The position numbers were made by a program, and so were the translations under genes. The notes beneath the pieces are model-generated. The model was not told the origin of the DNA. It worked only from the letters and a program-made list of their open reading frames with translations, and made no database searches. DNA of 24,000 nucleotides from Nitrosospira sp. (GTDB lineage: Bacteria > Pseudomonadota > Gammaproteobacteria > Burkholderiales > Nitrosomonadaceae). This document shows, in pieces, positions 6,506-15,869 of the stretch. Positions within the stretch are counted from its first letter, which is position 1. The number at the start of each line of letters is the position of its first letter. The DNA lies in NCBI GenBank assembly GCA_026399575.1, contig JAPLQS010000066.1, positions 1 to 24,000 of the forward strand, read 5' to 3'.

Positions 6506-7927
6506 ATGGCAGTGAAAACATATAACGCCGGTGTAAAAGAATACCGGCATACCTATTGGACGCCGGATTACACCCCGCTGGATACCGACCTCCTGGCTTG
6601 TTTCAAGATCACCCCGCAGGCAGGTGTGCCCCGTGAAGAAGTGGCTGCCGCAGTAGCTGCCGAATCTTCCACCGGTACCTGGACCACGGTGTGGACCGAC
6701 CTGCTGACCGATCTGGACTACTACAAAGGCCGCGCTTATCGCATCGAAGACGTACCTGGTGACGATACCTGTTTCTACGCTTTCGTGGCATACCCGATCG
6801 ACCTGTTTGAAGAGGGTTCCGTGGTCAACGTGCTGACCTCACTGGTCGGCAATGTGTTCGGCTTCAAAGCCCTGCGCGCCTTGCGTCTGGAAGACGTGCG
6901 CTTTCCCATTGCCTATGTGAAGACCTGTGGCGGTCCTCCGACCGGCATTCAAGTTGAACGTGATCGCTTCAACAAATATGGCCGCGCGTTGTTAGGTTGC
7001 ACCATCAAACCCAAGCTGGGCCTGTCCGCCAAGAACTATGGTCGCGCTGTTTACGAGTGCCTGCGCGGCGGTCTGGACCTGACCAAGGACGATGAGAACG
7101 TCAACAGCCAGCCGTTCATGCGCTGGCGTGATCGTTTCGAATTCGTGGTGGAAGCTTGCCAAAAGGCCGAGCGCGAAACCGGCGAGCGCAAAGGCCACTA
7201 CTTGAACGTGACCGCGCCGACTCCGGAAGAAATGTACAAGCGTGCCGAGTTTGCCAAGGAATTGGGCGCGCCGATCATCATGCATGACTACTTGACCGGC
7301 GGCTTGACTGCCAACACGGGCCTGGCCAACTGGTGCCGTAACAATGGCATGATGTTGCACATTCACCGCGCCATGCACGCCGTGCTCGATCGCAACCCGC
7401 ACCACGGTATTCATTTCCGCGTATTGACCAAAGTATTGCGCCTGTCCGGTGGCGATCACCTGCACTCGGGTACTGTGGTCGGCAAACTGGAAGGCGACCG
7501 TCAGGCGACGCTGGGCTGGATTGATACCATGCGCGACAAATTCATCAAGGAAGATCGCAGCCGTGGCCTGTTCTTTGACCAGGACTGGGGCTCCATGCCT
7601 GGGGTGTTCCCCGTTGCTTCCGGCGGCATTCACGTGTGGCACATGCCTGCACTGGTTGCCATCTTCGGTGATGATGCGTGCCTGCAATTCGGTGGCGGCA
7701 CACTGGGGCATCCGTGGGGCAATGCTGCTGGCGCCGCTGCCAACCGTGTCGCGCTGGAAGCTTGCGTGGAAGCACGCAACCAGGGCGTGGAGATAGAGAA
7801 GGAAGGCAAGTCTATCCTTACCAAGGCCGCTGCCCACAGTCCTGAACTGAAGATCGCCATGGAAACCTGGAAAGAGATCAAGTTCGAGTTCGACACTGTC
7901 GACAAGCTGGATGTAGCCCACAAGTAA
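6506..7927 (+). CDS. cbbL: RuBisCO large subunit, form IA (green-like)
   Basis: 473 aa. N-terminus [14 protein letters not shown]. Catalytic motifs [20 protein letters not shown] (carbamylated Lys equivalent) and HIHRAMH. SD GGAGGA at 6494-6499. Confidence 0.98.
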   Translation: MAVKTYNAGVKEYRHTYWTPDYTPLDTDLLACFKITPQAGVPREEVAAAVAAESSTGTWTTVWTDLLTDLDYYKGRAYRIEDVPGDDTCFYAFVAYPIDLFEEGSVVNVLTSLVGNVFGFKALRALRLEDVRFPIAYVKTCGGPPTGIQVERDRFNKYGRALLGCTIKPKLGLSAKNYGRAVYECLRGGLDLTKDDENVNSQPFMRWRDRFEFVVEACQKAERETGERKGHYLNVTAPTPEEMYKRAEFAKELGAPIIMHDYLTGGLTANTGLANWCRNNGMMLHIHRAMHAVLDRNPHHGIHFRVLTKVLRLSGGDHLHSGTVVGKLEGDRQATLGWIDTMRDKFIKEDRSRGLFFDQDWGSMPGVFPVASGGIHVWHMPALVAIFGDDACLQFGGGTLGHPWGNAAGAAANRVALEACVEARNQGVEIEKEGKSILTKAAAHSPELKIAMETWKEIKFEFDTVDKLDVAHK

Positions 7928-7933
7928 ACAATC

Positions 7934-7973
7934 AGGGCGGGCAGTGGTTTGAATCTGGAACCCAACCCGCCCT
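7934..7973 (+). other. Intercistronic stem-loop between cbbL and cbbS
   Basis: agggcggg (7934-7941) pairs with cccgccct (7966-7973), with additional partial pairing inside the 24-nt loop. Confidence 0.5.
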
Positions 7974-7997
7974 ACAATCAAATTCAAGGAGTGAATC

Positions 7998-8354
7998 ATG
8001 AGTGAAGTGATAGATTACAAATCGCGCGTAAGCGATCCAGCCAGTCGCAAGTTTGAAACCTTTTCCTATCTGCCTGCGATGACGACTGAGAGTATCAAGA
8101 AGCAGGTGGCCTATCTGGTGAGCAAAGGCTGGAACCCCGCCATCGAACATACTGAACCACAGTATCTGATGGATTCCTACTGGTATATGTGGAAGCTGCC
8201 CATGTTCGGCGAAACCGACGTGGATCACGTGCTGGCCGAAGCCGAGGCTTGTCACAAGGCCAATCCAGAAAATCATGTACGTCTGATTGGTTATAACAAT
8301 TTTAACCAATCCCAGGGTACAGCCATGGTGATTTACCGCGGCAAGACGGTTTAA
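7998..8354 (+). CDS. cbbS: RuBisCO small subunit, form IA
   Basis: 118 aa (SYLPAMT..., [11 protein letters not shown]). SD AAGGAG at 7986-7991. Immediately downstream of cbbL. Confidence 0.97.
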   Translation: MSEVIDYKSRVSDPASRKFETFSYLPAMTTESIKKQVAYLVSKGWNPAIEHTEPQYLMDSYWYMWKLPMFGETDVDHVLAEAEACHKANPENHVRLIGYNNFNQSQGTAMVIYRGKTV

Positions 8355-8372
8355 GCAGCGGCCAGGTTGCCC

Positions 8373-8411
8373 AAAGCCCCCGCTGCCCGCAAGGGTCGGG
8401 GGCTTTTGTTT
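8373..8411 (+). terminator. Intrinsic terminator/attenuator between cbbS and cbbQ
   Basis: 10-bp stem aaagcccccg / cgggggcttt (8373-8382 / 8397-8406). Inner ccc-GCAA-ggg tetraloop. Followed by ttttgttt. Confidence 0.75.
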
Positions 8412-8448
8412 ATCTGCAAACAATCAATGACACATTGAGGAAGCTAAC

Positions 8449-9252
8449 ATGAGCGAGATCATCGACCAGTACCGAGTTACCACGGAACCCTACTACCGGG
8501 CCGTTGCCGACGAAGTGGAATTGTACGAAGCCGCCTATTCCGTGCGCATGCCCATGATGCTCAAAGGCCCTACCGGTTGCGGCAAGACCCGTTTCGTCGA
8601 ATACATGGCATGGAAGCTGAAGAGACCGTTGATCACCGTGGCGTGCAACGAAGACATGACTGCCTCCGATCTGGTCGGCCGTTTCCTGCTCGATGCCCAG
8701 GGTACGCGCTGGCAGGACGGCCCGCTCGCCATTGCTGCACGTTATGGCGCTATCTGCTATCTGGATGAGGTGGTTGAAGCGCGCCAGGACACGACCGTGG
8801 TGATCCACCCGCTGACTGACAACCGGCGGGTATTGCCGCTGGAAAAGAAGGGCGAGTTGATTCATGCCCATGCCGACTTTCAGTTGGTGATTTCGTATAA
8901 CCCCGGTTACCAGAGTCTGATGAAAGACCTGAAACAATCAACCAAGCAACGCTTCGGCGCAATGGATTTCAATTATCCCGATCATGCCACTGAAACGGAA
9001 ATCGTCACGCATGAAACCGGCGTGAGTGACGCGGTGGCCGACAAACTGGTTTCGATCGCCGAGCGTGCGCGCAACCTCAAAGGACACGGTCTGGATGAAG
9101 GCATTTCCACGCGCATGCTGATTTATGCCGGCAGCCTGATCGCGAAAGGGGTGAATGCGCACGCTGCCTGCCGCGTCGCGTTGGTGCGTCCAATCACCGA
9201 TGACCCTGACATGCGTGATGCGCTGGATGCGACCGTGACAACCTTCTTCTGA
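8449..9252 (+). CDS. cbbQ: RuBisCO activase AAA+ (MoxR-type) subunit CbbQ
   Basis: 267 aa. Walker A GPTGCGKT and Walker B region ICYLDEV. SD GAGGA at 8437-8441. Lies in the cbb operon. Confidence 0.95.
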   Translation: MSEIIDQYRVTTEPYYRAVADEVELYEAAYSVRMPMMLKGPTGCGKTRFVEYMAWKLKRPLITVACNEDMTASDLVGRFLLDAQGTRWQDGPLAIAARYGAICYLDEVVEARQDTTVVIHPLTDNRRVLPLEKKGELIHAHADFQLVISYNPGYQSLMKDLKQSTKQRFGAMDFNYPDHATETEIVTHETGVSDAVADKLVSIAERARNLKGHGLDEGISTRMLIYAGSLIAKGVNAHAACRVALVRPITDDPDMRDALDATVTTFF

Positions 9253-9315
9253 GAACAAATGTCGACAGTTGCTTCGCAGCAGAAGTCTGAGTACAAGTAA
9301 AAAGGTGGACGCAGC

Positions 9316-11643
9316 ATGAGCATCAATCTCGATGACTACAAGGAATTACTCGAAGACCTGGAACCCGAGTCCATCGCCTTGTTGCATGGCATCTGGCCGG
9401 AAGCCACCAAGGTTTTCTCCCCGCGCGGCCTGGACAATTACCTGAAAGGCGCCTCTGCGTTGCGCGGCTTGGGGCGCGGCCGCGGGCTGGTGGATACCTG
9501 GATCGACGAAGCCCCCGAGGTGGCCAAGGAAGTGGGTGAAGATGTCGTGGGTGAGCTGGCAACGGCGGCTTTGACACTGGCTTCAAGAACCTCCGGCGCA
9601 GTAATCGAACTGGTGCTCGCCACCGCACCCACGGCAGCCAAACGCCTGGGCGACGCACAACTGTTCCAGAAATACCTGCAATTCCTCAATGTCCTGATTG
9701 CACAGGCGCCACGCGGGGTGCGCCCCATGCTGGACAAACTGGATGTGCTGTTCGGGCAACTGACTCTGGGCGGTCTGCGCCGATGGGCATTGTGGGGCGC
9801 GCATGCGCACCGCACAAATTATGAAGAGCAGATCAAGTATTTCAGCCTGGATTCCAAGGAATCGCTGGCGGTGCTGCAGAGAGAGCGCAAGGGCACCCTG
9901 TTCGTGGATGTGCAGCGCCGCATCAACATGTACCTGCGCGCGTTGTGGGCGCGGGATTTTTTCATGAAACCGACTTCCGGTGACTTTGAAACGCGCGAAG
10001 GCTACCAACCCTTTATCGAGGGCTATTTCATCCACCTGCCGGATGCCTATGACGCACATGGCGCTGTCGCTGCCGGCGAGGTGTATCGCGCGGCGGCAGC
10101 CCATGCGGCGGCACACCTGGTGGAAACCAAAAACCCGATTTCTGCCGAGGCGCTCAATCCGCTGCAGATGGCGGTGATTGCGGTGATTGAGGACGCGCGC
10201 GTCGAGGCGCTCTCGATTCGCCGCTTTCCCGGCCTGCGCCAGATGTGGGCAGCATTGCATAGCGCCACGCCGGAAATGAACGCAAGCATCGGTGATTACC
10301 TTAACCGTCTGGCGCGCACGCTGCTCGACCCATCCTATCAGGATCATGATGCATGGGTAGCCGAAGGCCGCCTGCTGTTCGCGCAGGCACAGGACAGACT
10401 CGACAGCCACCATATCTCCTGGGAAATCGGTGTGCAGTTGGCACACAAGCTCAAAGACAAGAAAATTCCTTTCAACCCGCGCACCGATCAATTGACCGCA
10501 CCTTATCTGGATGACAACCGTTATTTCTGGGAGTTCGAGGAATTCGATTTTGAAAAATCATTGTCTGCCGGCTATGGCGCGCCCCAACAAGTGCGCAAGC
10601 ACGTCAGTGTCATGGAATTCGCCAATGAGGTGGAAGTAGAAAGCGCCGGCGACGACGCCCAGGAAATCTGGGTGATGGGAACGGAATTTTTCCCGTACGA
10701 GGATGCGGGTATTTCCTTCAATCAGTCGGAAGGCAAGGAACCGGTATCGCAGCCTTACCATTATGCCGAGTGGGATTACCAGATTCAGCTGGAGCGCCCT
10801 GCCTGGGTAACGGTACAGGAGAAGCGCGCCAAAGCGGGCGATATGCAACTGATCGACGACATCGCCACGCAGTACCGGCGCGAGATTGCACGCATGAAAT
10901 TCCTGCTCGATGCGATGCAGCCACAAGGCGTGCAGCGCATCCGCAAACTGGAAGACGGTGACGAGATCGACCTCAACGCTGCTATCTCCTCCATGATTGA
11001 CATGCGCATGGGAATGCAACCCGATCCGCGTTTCATGATGCGCTCGGTCAGGAAAATTCGCGACATCTCGGTGCTGGTGCTGCTGGATCTGTCGGAATCA
11101 ACCAATGAGAAAGTGGCCGGGCAGGACTTCTCGGTGCTGGACCTCACCCGTCAGGCTACCGTGCTGCTGGCCAATGCAATCAACAAGATCGGTGATCCTT
11201 TCGCCATCCATGGTTTCTGTTCCGATGGCCGCCACGATGTAGAGTATTATCGCTACAAGGATTTCGATCAACCTTATACTGAAGTACCCAAAGCGCGGCT
11301 GGCGGGCATGACCGGGCAACTCTCCACCCGCATGGGTGCAGCCATTCGCCATGCCAATCACCACCTCAAACTGCAGCGCTCATCCAAAAAACTGCTGCTG
11401 GTGATCACCGATGGCGAGCCGGCGGATGTGGATGTGCGTGACCCGCAATACCTGCGCTATGACACCAAGAAAGCGGTGGAAGAAGCAGGCCGTAACGGCG
11501 TCGTCACTTATTGCATGAGCCTCGACCCGCGCGCCGATCAATACGTGTCACGTATTTTCGGCGCAAAGAACTATATGGTAGTGGATCATGTGGAACGACT
11601 GCCGGAGAAATTGCCGTTACTTTATGCGGGGCTGACACGATGA
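9316..11643 (+). CDS. cbbO: RuBisCO activase adaptor CbbO (C-terminal von Willebrand factor A domain)
   Basis: 775 aa. VWA MIDAS-type motif in VLVLLDLSESTNE, plus LLLVITDGEPAD. Follows cbbQ as in cbbQO pairs. Confidence 0.92.
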   Translation: MSINLDDYKELLEDLEPESIALLHGIWPEATKVFSPRGLDNYLKGASALRGLGRGRGLVDTWIDEAPEVAKEVGEDVVGELATAALTLASRTSGAVIELVLATAPTAAKRLGDAQLFQKYLQFLNVLIAQAPRGVRPMLDKLDVLFGQLTLGGLRRWALWGAHAHRTNYEEQIKYFSLDSKESLAVLQRERKGTLFVDVQRRINMYLRALWARDFFMKPTSGDFETREGYQPFIEGYFIHLPDAYDAHGAVAAGEVYRAAAAHAAAHLVETKNPISAEALNPLQMAVIAVIEDARVEALSIRRFPGLRQMWAALHSATPEMNASIGDYLNRLARTLLDPSYQDHDAWVAEGRLLFAQAQDRLDSHHISWEIGVQLAHKLKDKKIPFNPRTDQLTAPYLDDNRYFWEFEEFDFEKSLSAGYGAPQQVRKHVSVMEFANEVEVESAGDDAQEIWVMGTEFFPYEDAGISFNQSEGKEPVSQPYHYAEWDYQIQLERPAWVTVQEKRAKAGDMQLIDDIATQYRREIARMKFLLDAMQPQGVQRIRKLEDGDEIDLNAAISSMIDMRMGMQPDPRFMMRSVRKIRDISVLVLLDLSESTNEKVAGQDFSVLDLTRQATVLLANAINKIGDPFAIHGFCSDGRHDVEYYRYKDFDQPYTEVPKARLAGMTGQLSTRMGAAIRHANHHLKLQRSSKKLLLVITDGEPADVDVRDPQYLRYDTKKAVEEAGRNGVVTYCMSLDPRADQYVSRIFGAKNYMVVDHVERLPEKLPLLYAGLTR

Positions 11644-11942
11644 CGAAACAATATTATGCAGGAATCGACCAGGATGAAAACGGGGGGCTGACACACCTTG
11701 GCCGCATGGTGCGCGACGCCTGGGTGTTCGGCATTCTGCCCGAGGCAGAAACATGCGCCGGCTGGGATGGCGCGCAAATGCAGGGTCTGTATGAACAAGT
11801 ATATGCTGCCTGGGAACCCTATGCGCACCTGCCCAGTCGCTTGCCGCATGATCTGCAGCAGCGGCATGCACAACTCTATGCGCAGGCGGTTGTCACCGCC
11901 AGGAGCGAGGGCTGGGATGCGGAACTGGGAGAAGACGACTAA
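11640..11942 (+). CDS. cbbN: Small acidic-tailed protein of unknown function in the cbbN position
   Basis: The ATG at 11640 overlaps the cbbO stop (ATGA at 11640-11643). 100 aa (MTKQYYAGIDQDENGG...GWDAELGEDD). Size and position match my memory of cbbN in the Nitrosomonas europaea cbbLSQON operon. The 11511 start in the track lies inside cbbO and is unlikely. Confidence 0.6.
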   Translation: MTKQYYAGIDQDENGGLTHLGRMVRDAWVFGILPEAETCAGWDGAQMQGLYEQVYAAWEPYAHLPSRLPHDLQQRHAQLYAQAVVTARSEGWDAELGEDD

Positions 11943-11947
11943 GGAAC

Positions 11948-12355
11948 CTAAGTTCGAGGCGCGGGAAACTTGATTACCCGCGCCGGGCCATCGAACTTCG
12001 CTTTGCTGGCCAAAGCCTGCAGCGCACGCGGAAACTCTGTCTGCAGGCGTGCCATGATGGCCTCTTGGCCCTGACGGTAATAAACCACGTCATACGCTAC
12101 CGGCTGTTCCAGGGAAGTGCGTGCCGAGGGTCGAAAGTTGCGCCAGGCAATGTCTATCCAGCACTTGCGCTCTCCGTCCAGAAATACGAACTCTTCTGCA
12201 TCCAGGATGGCCATGTATTGCATTGAGCGAATAGGCACGAACAGGTTATGCGTCTCACTGCGGGCGAGCAGCGTAATTGCCAGGTTGTAGGTGGCGGCAG
12301 GAAGATAGCGCGACTCATGACTTGCTTCCTGGTCGCGATAACAGGTTATTTCCAT
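11948..12355 (-). CDS. Hypothetical protein, about 135 aa
   Basis: ORF 11948..12475. The internal ATG at 12355 (MEITCYRDQ...) is preferred, since AGGA lies 9 nt upstream and it avoids overlap with the divergent ABC gene start at 12452. No family recognised. Confidence 0.5.
   Translation of the reverse strand: MEITCYRDQEASHESRYLPAATYNLAITLLARSETHNLFVPIRSMQYMAILDAEEFVFLDGERKCWIDIAWRNFRPSARTSLEQPVAYDVVYYRQGQEAIMARLQTEFPRALQALASKAKFDGPARVIKFPAPRT
11958..11984 (+). terminator. GC-rich hairpin just past the cbb operon end (candidate terminator embedded in the convergent ORF)
   Basis: ggcgcggg (11958-11965) pairs with cccgcgcc (11977-11984) around an 11-nt loop. No U-tract. Confidence 0.35.
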
Positions 12356-12451
12356 TCTTGTCAGTCCTTGATTGTACAAATTGTATAGCGACAGGCAAGA
12401 AACCGGTATCCCCAGATTCACTAAAATCCCCAAACCGCAGGAAATAAACTG

Positions 12452-14260
12452 ATGCGTCCCACCCGTTTGGAGCAACCTGCAGCCAGTCGCAACGACTGGA
12501 GAACTATCCGCACCCTGCTACCTTATCTGTGGGAATTCAAGGGCAGGGTGGCATTGGCATTGATGCTGCTGGTGCTGGCCAAGCTTGCCAGCGTCGCGGT
12601 GCCGCTGGTGCTGAAGGAAATTGTCGATGCGCTCGACCAGCCACGGGCCATGCTGGTGCTGCCGGTAGTACTGCTAGTGGGTTACGGCGCCTTGCGCCTG
12701 TGCAGCACACTGTTCGGCGAATTGCGCGATGCGGTATTTGCCAAGGTTACGCAACGGGCGATCCGGCGGGTGGCCATCAGGGTATTCGGTCATCTGCATG
12801 CGCTGTCGCTGCGCTTCCACCTGGAACGTCAGACCGGTGGCGTATCGCGCGACATCGAACGCGGCACGCGCGGCATTTCCTTCCTGCTCAACTTCATGCT
12901 GTTCAATATCCTGCCAACCCTGCTGGAAATCAGTCTAGTGGCGGCAATTCTTCTTGCCAAATATGACATCTGGTTCTCGGTAATCATTTTTGTAACGCTG
13001 CTAGCCTACATCGTATTCACCCTGTTCATTACCGAGTGGCGCATGATCTTCCGCCGCACGATGAACGACATGGACTCGAAAGCCAATACCCGCGCCATCG
13101 ACAGCCTGCTCAACTATGAAACGGTAAAATATTTCGGCAATGAAGCATGGGAAGCGCGGCGCTACGATGAGCACATGCAGAAATGGGAGGTTGCGGCAGT
13201 GCGCAACCAGACTTCCCTCGCCGCGCTCAATGCCGGCCAGAGTGCCATTATTGCAATCGGCGTCACCCTGCTGATGCTGCTGGCAGCTGACGGCGTGGTC
13301 AAAGGCACCATGTCACTGGGCGATCTGGTGCTGGTCAATGCCTTCATGCTGCAACTGTACATGCCGCTGCATTTCCTCGGTTTCGTTTATCGTGAAATCA
13401 AGCACTCACTGGCGGATATGGAAAAAATGTTCAACCTGCTGGCGGAAAATGAAGAGATCAAGGATAAACCAGGCGCCACTGATCTCGTTGCGGGAGAGGC
13501 AGCGATTCGCTTCGAGCAAGTGAGTTTCAGCTACGATCCCAATCGCCAGATTCTGTTTGATGTGAGTTTCGATATTCCCGCTGGCCGCAACGTAGCGGTG
13601 GTCGGGCATAGCGGATCGGGCAAATCCACGTTGGCGCGCTTGCTGTTCCGCTTCTATGATGTGTCCGCCGGTCGCATTCTGATAAACGAACAGGATATCC
13701 GCGATGTCACCCAGAAAAGCCTGCGCGCAGCCATTGGCATCGTGCCGCAGGACACGGTGCTGTTCAACGACAGCATTTATTACAACATTGCTTACGGACG
13801 CCCCGATGCCAGTCGCGCGGAAGTATTTGAAGCCGCCAGATCGGCACATATTCATGATTTCATCGAGAGCCTGCCGGATAAGTACGAAACTACCGTGGGA
13901 GAACGCGGGCTGAAACTTTCCGGTGGAGAGAAGCAGCGCGTTGCCATTGCGCGTGCGATCCTGAAAACACCCAAGATACTCATTTTTGATGAAGCCACTT
14001 CGGCGCTGGACTCAAAATCAGAAAAAGCCATCCAGGCAGAACTGAAGCGCATCGCTGCAAATCGCACCACTCTCACCATCGCTCACCGCCTCTCCACCAT
14101 CGCTGATGCCGATCAGATACTGGTAATGGACAAGGGCAGCATCATCGAACGCGGCAGTCATCGGCAACTGCTGGCGGCGAATGGCACCTATGCCCATATG
14201 TGGGAACTGCAACAGCAGGAAGAGCAGACACGGCTGCAATTGGTGCATGACGTTGAATAG
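12452..14260 (+). CDS. ATM1/ABCB7-type ABC exporter (fused permease and ATPase)
   Basis: 602 aa. N-terminal six-helix TMD beginning LLPYLWEFKGRV. Walker A GHSGSGKST, signature LSGGEKQR, Walker B ILIFDEATSALD. Confidence 0.9.
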   Translation: MRPTRLEQPAASRNDWRTIRTLLPYLWEFKGRVALALMLLVLAKLASVAVPLVLKEIVDALDQPRAMLVLPVVLLVGYGALRLCSTLFGELRDAVFAKVTQRAIRRVAIRVFGHLHALSLRFHLERQTGGVSRDIERGTRGISFLLNFMLFNILPTLLEISLVAAILLAKYDIWFSVIIFVTLLAYIVFTLFITEWRMIFRRTMNDMDSKANTRAIDSLLNYETVKYFGNEAWEARRYDEHMQKWEVAAVRNQTSLAALNAGQSAIIAIGVTLLMLLAADGVVKGTMSLGDLVLVNAFMLQLYMPLHFLGFVYREIKHSLADMEKMFNLLAENEEIKDKPGATDLVAGEAAIRFEQVSFSYDPNRQILFDVSFDIPAGRNVAVVGHSGSGKSTLARLLFRFYDVSAGRILINEQDIRDVTQKSLRAAIGIVPQDTVLFNDSIYYNIAYGRPDASRAEVFEAARSAHIHDFIESLPDKYETTVGERGLKLSGGEKQRVAIARAILKTPKILIFDEATSALDSKSEKAIQAELKRIAANRTTLTIAHRLSTIADADQILVMDKGSIIERGSHRQLLAANGTYAHMWELQQQEEQTRLQLVHDVE

Positions 14261-14433
14261 ATAAAGGCAGAAATGGGGTGGAAAAGTAGCGTTGTTTCGG
14301 AATGATATTTCACAAATATTTCCTAGAATCGATATAAAGTCCTTTCCCTATCTCCTGATTTTTGTTAACTTATCTGGGACAGGCCCCAAAATCCGCGAAT
14401 GGCGGACAGGTTTTCTCAAGCGGAGCAAGAAAA

Positions 14434-15264
14434 ATGAACAAAGTAATCCTCGCGCTGGGCATCATGTTTGTGTTTACCGGCAGCGCCTTTGCACAGAAGG
14501 GCGACCTGAATCTCAAATCCCGTGCCGCATTGATTTTCGACGCCCAGCAGGGACGCGCCATCTACAGCAAGAATACAGACACCATCATGCCGATCGCTTC
14601 CATTACCAAGCTGATGACGGCAATGGTAGTGCTGGATGCGCAGTTGCCGCTGACTGAGGAAATCACCATTGATTCCGCCGATATTGATGTCCTCAAGAAC
14701 ACCCGCTCACGTTTGCGGGTGGGAGCCAGTCTTACCCGCCAGCAACTGCTGCGACTGGCACTGATGTCTTCCGAGAATCGCGCAGCGGCCGCGCTGGGGC
14801 GTGCCTACCCCGGCGGCATCGGAGCATTCGTGGCGGCGATGAATGACAAGGCATTCGAACTTGGCATGGGTAACAGCTACTTTGTCGACTCCACCGGATT
14901 GAGCAGCACCAACGTTTCTACCGCACGTGATCTGGTGAAAATGGTTGAAGCCGCGTATGGCTACGATCTCATCCGCAAGTTTTCCACCACCAGCGCACAT
15001 GCAGTAGAGCTCGCGGATGACAGGCGCAGCATGCAGTTCATCAATTCCAATAATCTGGTGCGCAGCGGGAACTGGCAGATTAACGTATCCAAAACAGGTT
15101 TTCTCAGCGAGGCCGGGCGCTGCCTGGTGATGCAGGCGAACATAACCGGCAGGCCGGTTATCATCGTACTGCTTGATTCAAACGGAAAGGATACCCGCAG
15201 CGGTGACGCCAACCGTATCAAAAAATGGATGGAAGCCAGTCTCGCTCGCAAACGCAGCAGCTAA
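14434..15264 (+). CDS. pbpG: D-alanyl-D-alanine endopeptidase (PBP7-like, peptidase S11)
   Basis: ATG 14434 follows GGAG at 14422-14425. Signal peptide MNKVILALGIMFVFTGSAFA. Motifs SITK (SxxK), SEN (SxN) and KTG. Confidence 0.85.
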   Translation: MNKVILALGIMFVFTGSAFAQKGDLNLKSRAALIFDAQQGRAIYSKNTDTIMPIASITKLMTAMVVLDAQLPLTEEITIDSADIDVLKNTRSRLRVGASLTRQQLLRLALMSSENRAAAALGRAYPGGIGAFVAAMNDKAFELGMGNSYFVDSTGLSSTNVSTARDLVKMVEAAYGYDLIRKFSTTSAHAVELADDRRSMQFINSNNLVRSGNWQINVSKTGFLSEAGRCLVMQANITGRPVIIVLLDSNGKDTRSGDANRIKKWMEASLARKRSS

Positions 15265-15364
15265 ACAGGCCCTCTCCGACCGCATCAATATATTGCTCTT
15301 CAACCTGTCATTCATACGGGATGGTTTTTTGGGAAAGATCCCGATAACTACCCAGATTCCAGAA

Positions 15365-15400
15365 GCAGCATTCAGTCAAACTCCTTTGACTGAATGCTGC
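15365..15400. terminator. Perfect 16-bp inverted repeat with a 4-nt loop (candidate terminator or protein-binding palindrome)
   Basis: gcagcattcagtcaaa-ctcc-tttgactgaatgctgc. Lies 100 nt downstream of the pbpG stop. No flanking U-tract on the + strand. Confidence 0.45.
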
Positions 15401-15538
15401 CCCGCCTTACATGCCCATCGACGCCGCCGATAAAAACAATTAACATTCGACGTCCCACCTGGTTCAAACGTTTCTCCGTATGCGCATTACAGTGACAAGC
15501 AGGTCGGAACGCTGGCCTTGCCTTGGAATGGAGGCGTT

Positions 15539-15814
15539 ATGCAATTACAGTTGATTGTTGCACTCATCGCTATTCTCCTGACCATCATGTTTGCGGTTCA
15601 GAATGCCGTACCTGTCAGCGTCGTATTTTTACTCTGGCGCGTCGATGCTTCACTTGCCGTGGTAATTGCAGCGTGCTTTGGCCTCGGTGCGCTCATCGGC
15701 GCATTGGTATCGATTCCGGCGATGCTGCGCGATCGGATATCAATGAATCACCTGCGTAAACAGGTTGCGACACTGCAAACCGAAAATGACGATTTGCGTG
15801 CCGGGAAGAAGTAA
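15539..15814 (+). CDS. LapA-domain (DUF1049-like) small inner-membrane protein
   Basis: ATG 15539 follows GGAGG at 15530-15534. Two TM helices (LIVALIAILLTIMFAVQN..., LAVVIAACFGLGALIGALV) and a C-terminal coiled-coil tail. Confidence 0.75.
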   Translation: MQLQLIVALIAILLTIMFAVQNAVPVSVVFLLWRVDASLAVVIAACFGLGALIGALVSIPAMLRDRISMNHLRKQVATLQTENDDLRAGKK

Positions 15815-15869
15815 ATATCTTCTGTGCCATGCGGGTTCTAGATAACGAGAAATATCCTGACCCGACAGA

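Noticed and set aside
6992-7999. 335-aa ORF antisense to cbbL
   Set aside because: It lies entirely within and opposite a gene of certain identity. Its composition is Ala/Gly/Arg/Val-rich shadow-frame sequence, typical of GC-rich antisense frames. No start context or motifs.
9259-9300. 13-codon mini-ORF (MSTVASQQKSEYK*) in the cbbQ-cbbO spacer
   Set aside because: No SD, no conservation evidence available, and short enough to arise by chance. The spacer is adequately explained by the cbbO SD (AAGGTGGA).
9583-10491. 302-aa ORF antisense to cbbO, with similar shorter antisense or alternative-frame ORFs at 8410..8937, 10558..11019 and 10785..11147
   Set aside because: These are shadow ORFs inside cbbQ and cbbO, with low-complexity Arg/Ala-rich translations and no recognisable domains.
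6506-11942. Possibility of a carboxysome-associated (IAc) RuBisCO locus
   Set aside because: No cso shell, csoS2 or carbonic anhydrase genes follow cbbS. cbbQ and cbbO follow instead, which indicates the non-carboxysomal IAq arrangement.
12356-12475. Upstream extension of the hypothetical ORF to the track start at 12475 (175 aa)
   Set aside because: It would overlap the ABC exporter start (12452) and remove the divergent promoter region. The extension translates to implausible sequence, and the internal ATG 12355 has a better SD context.
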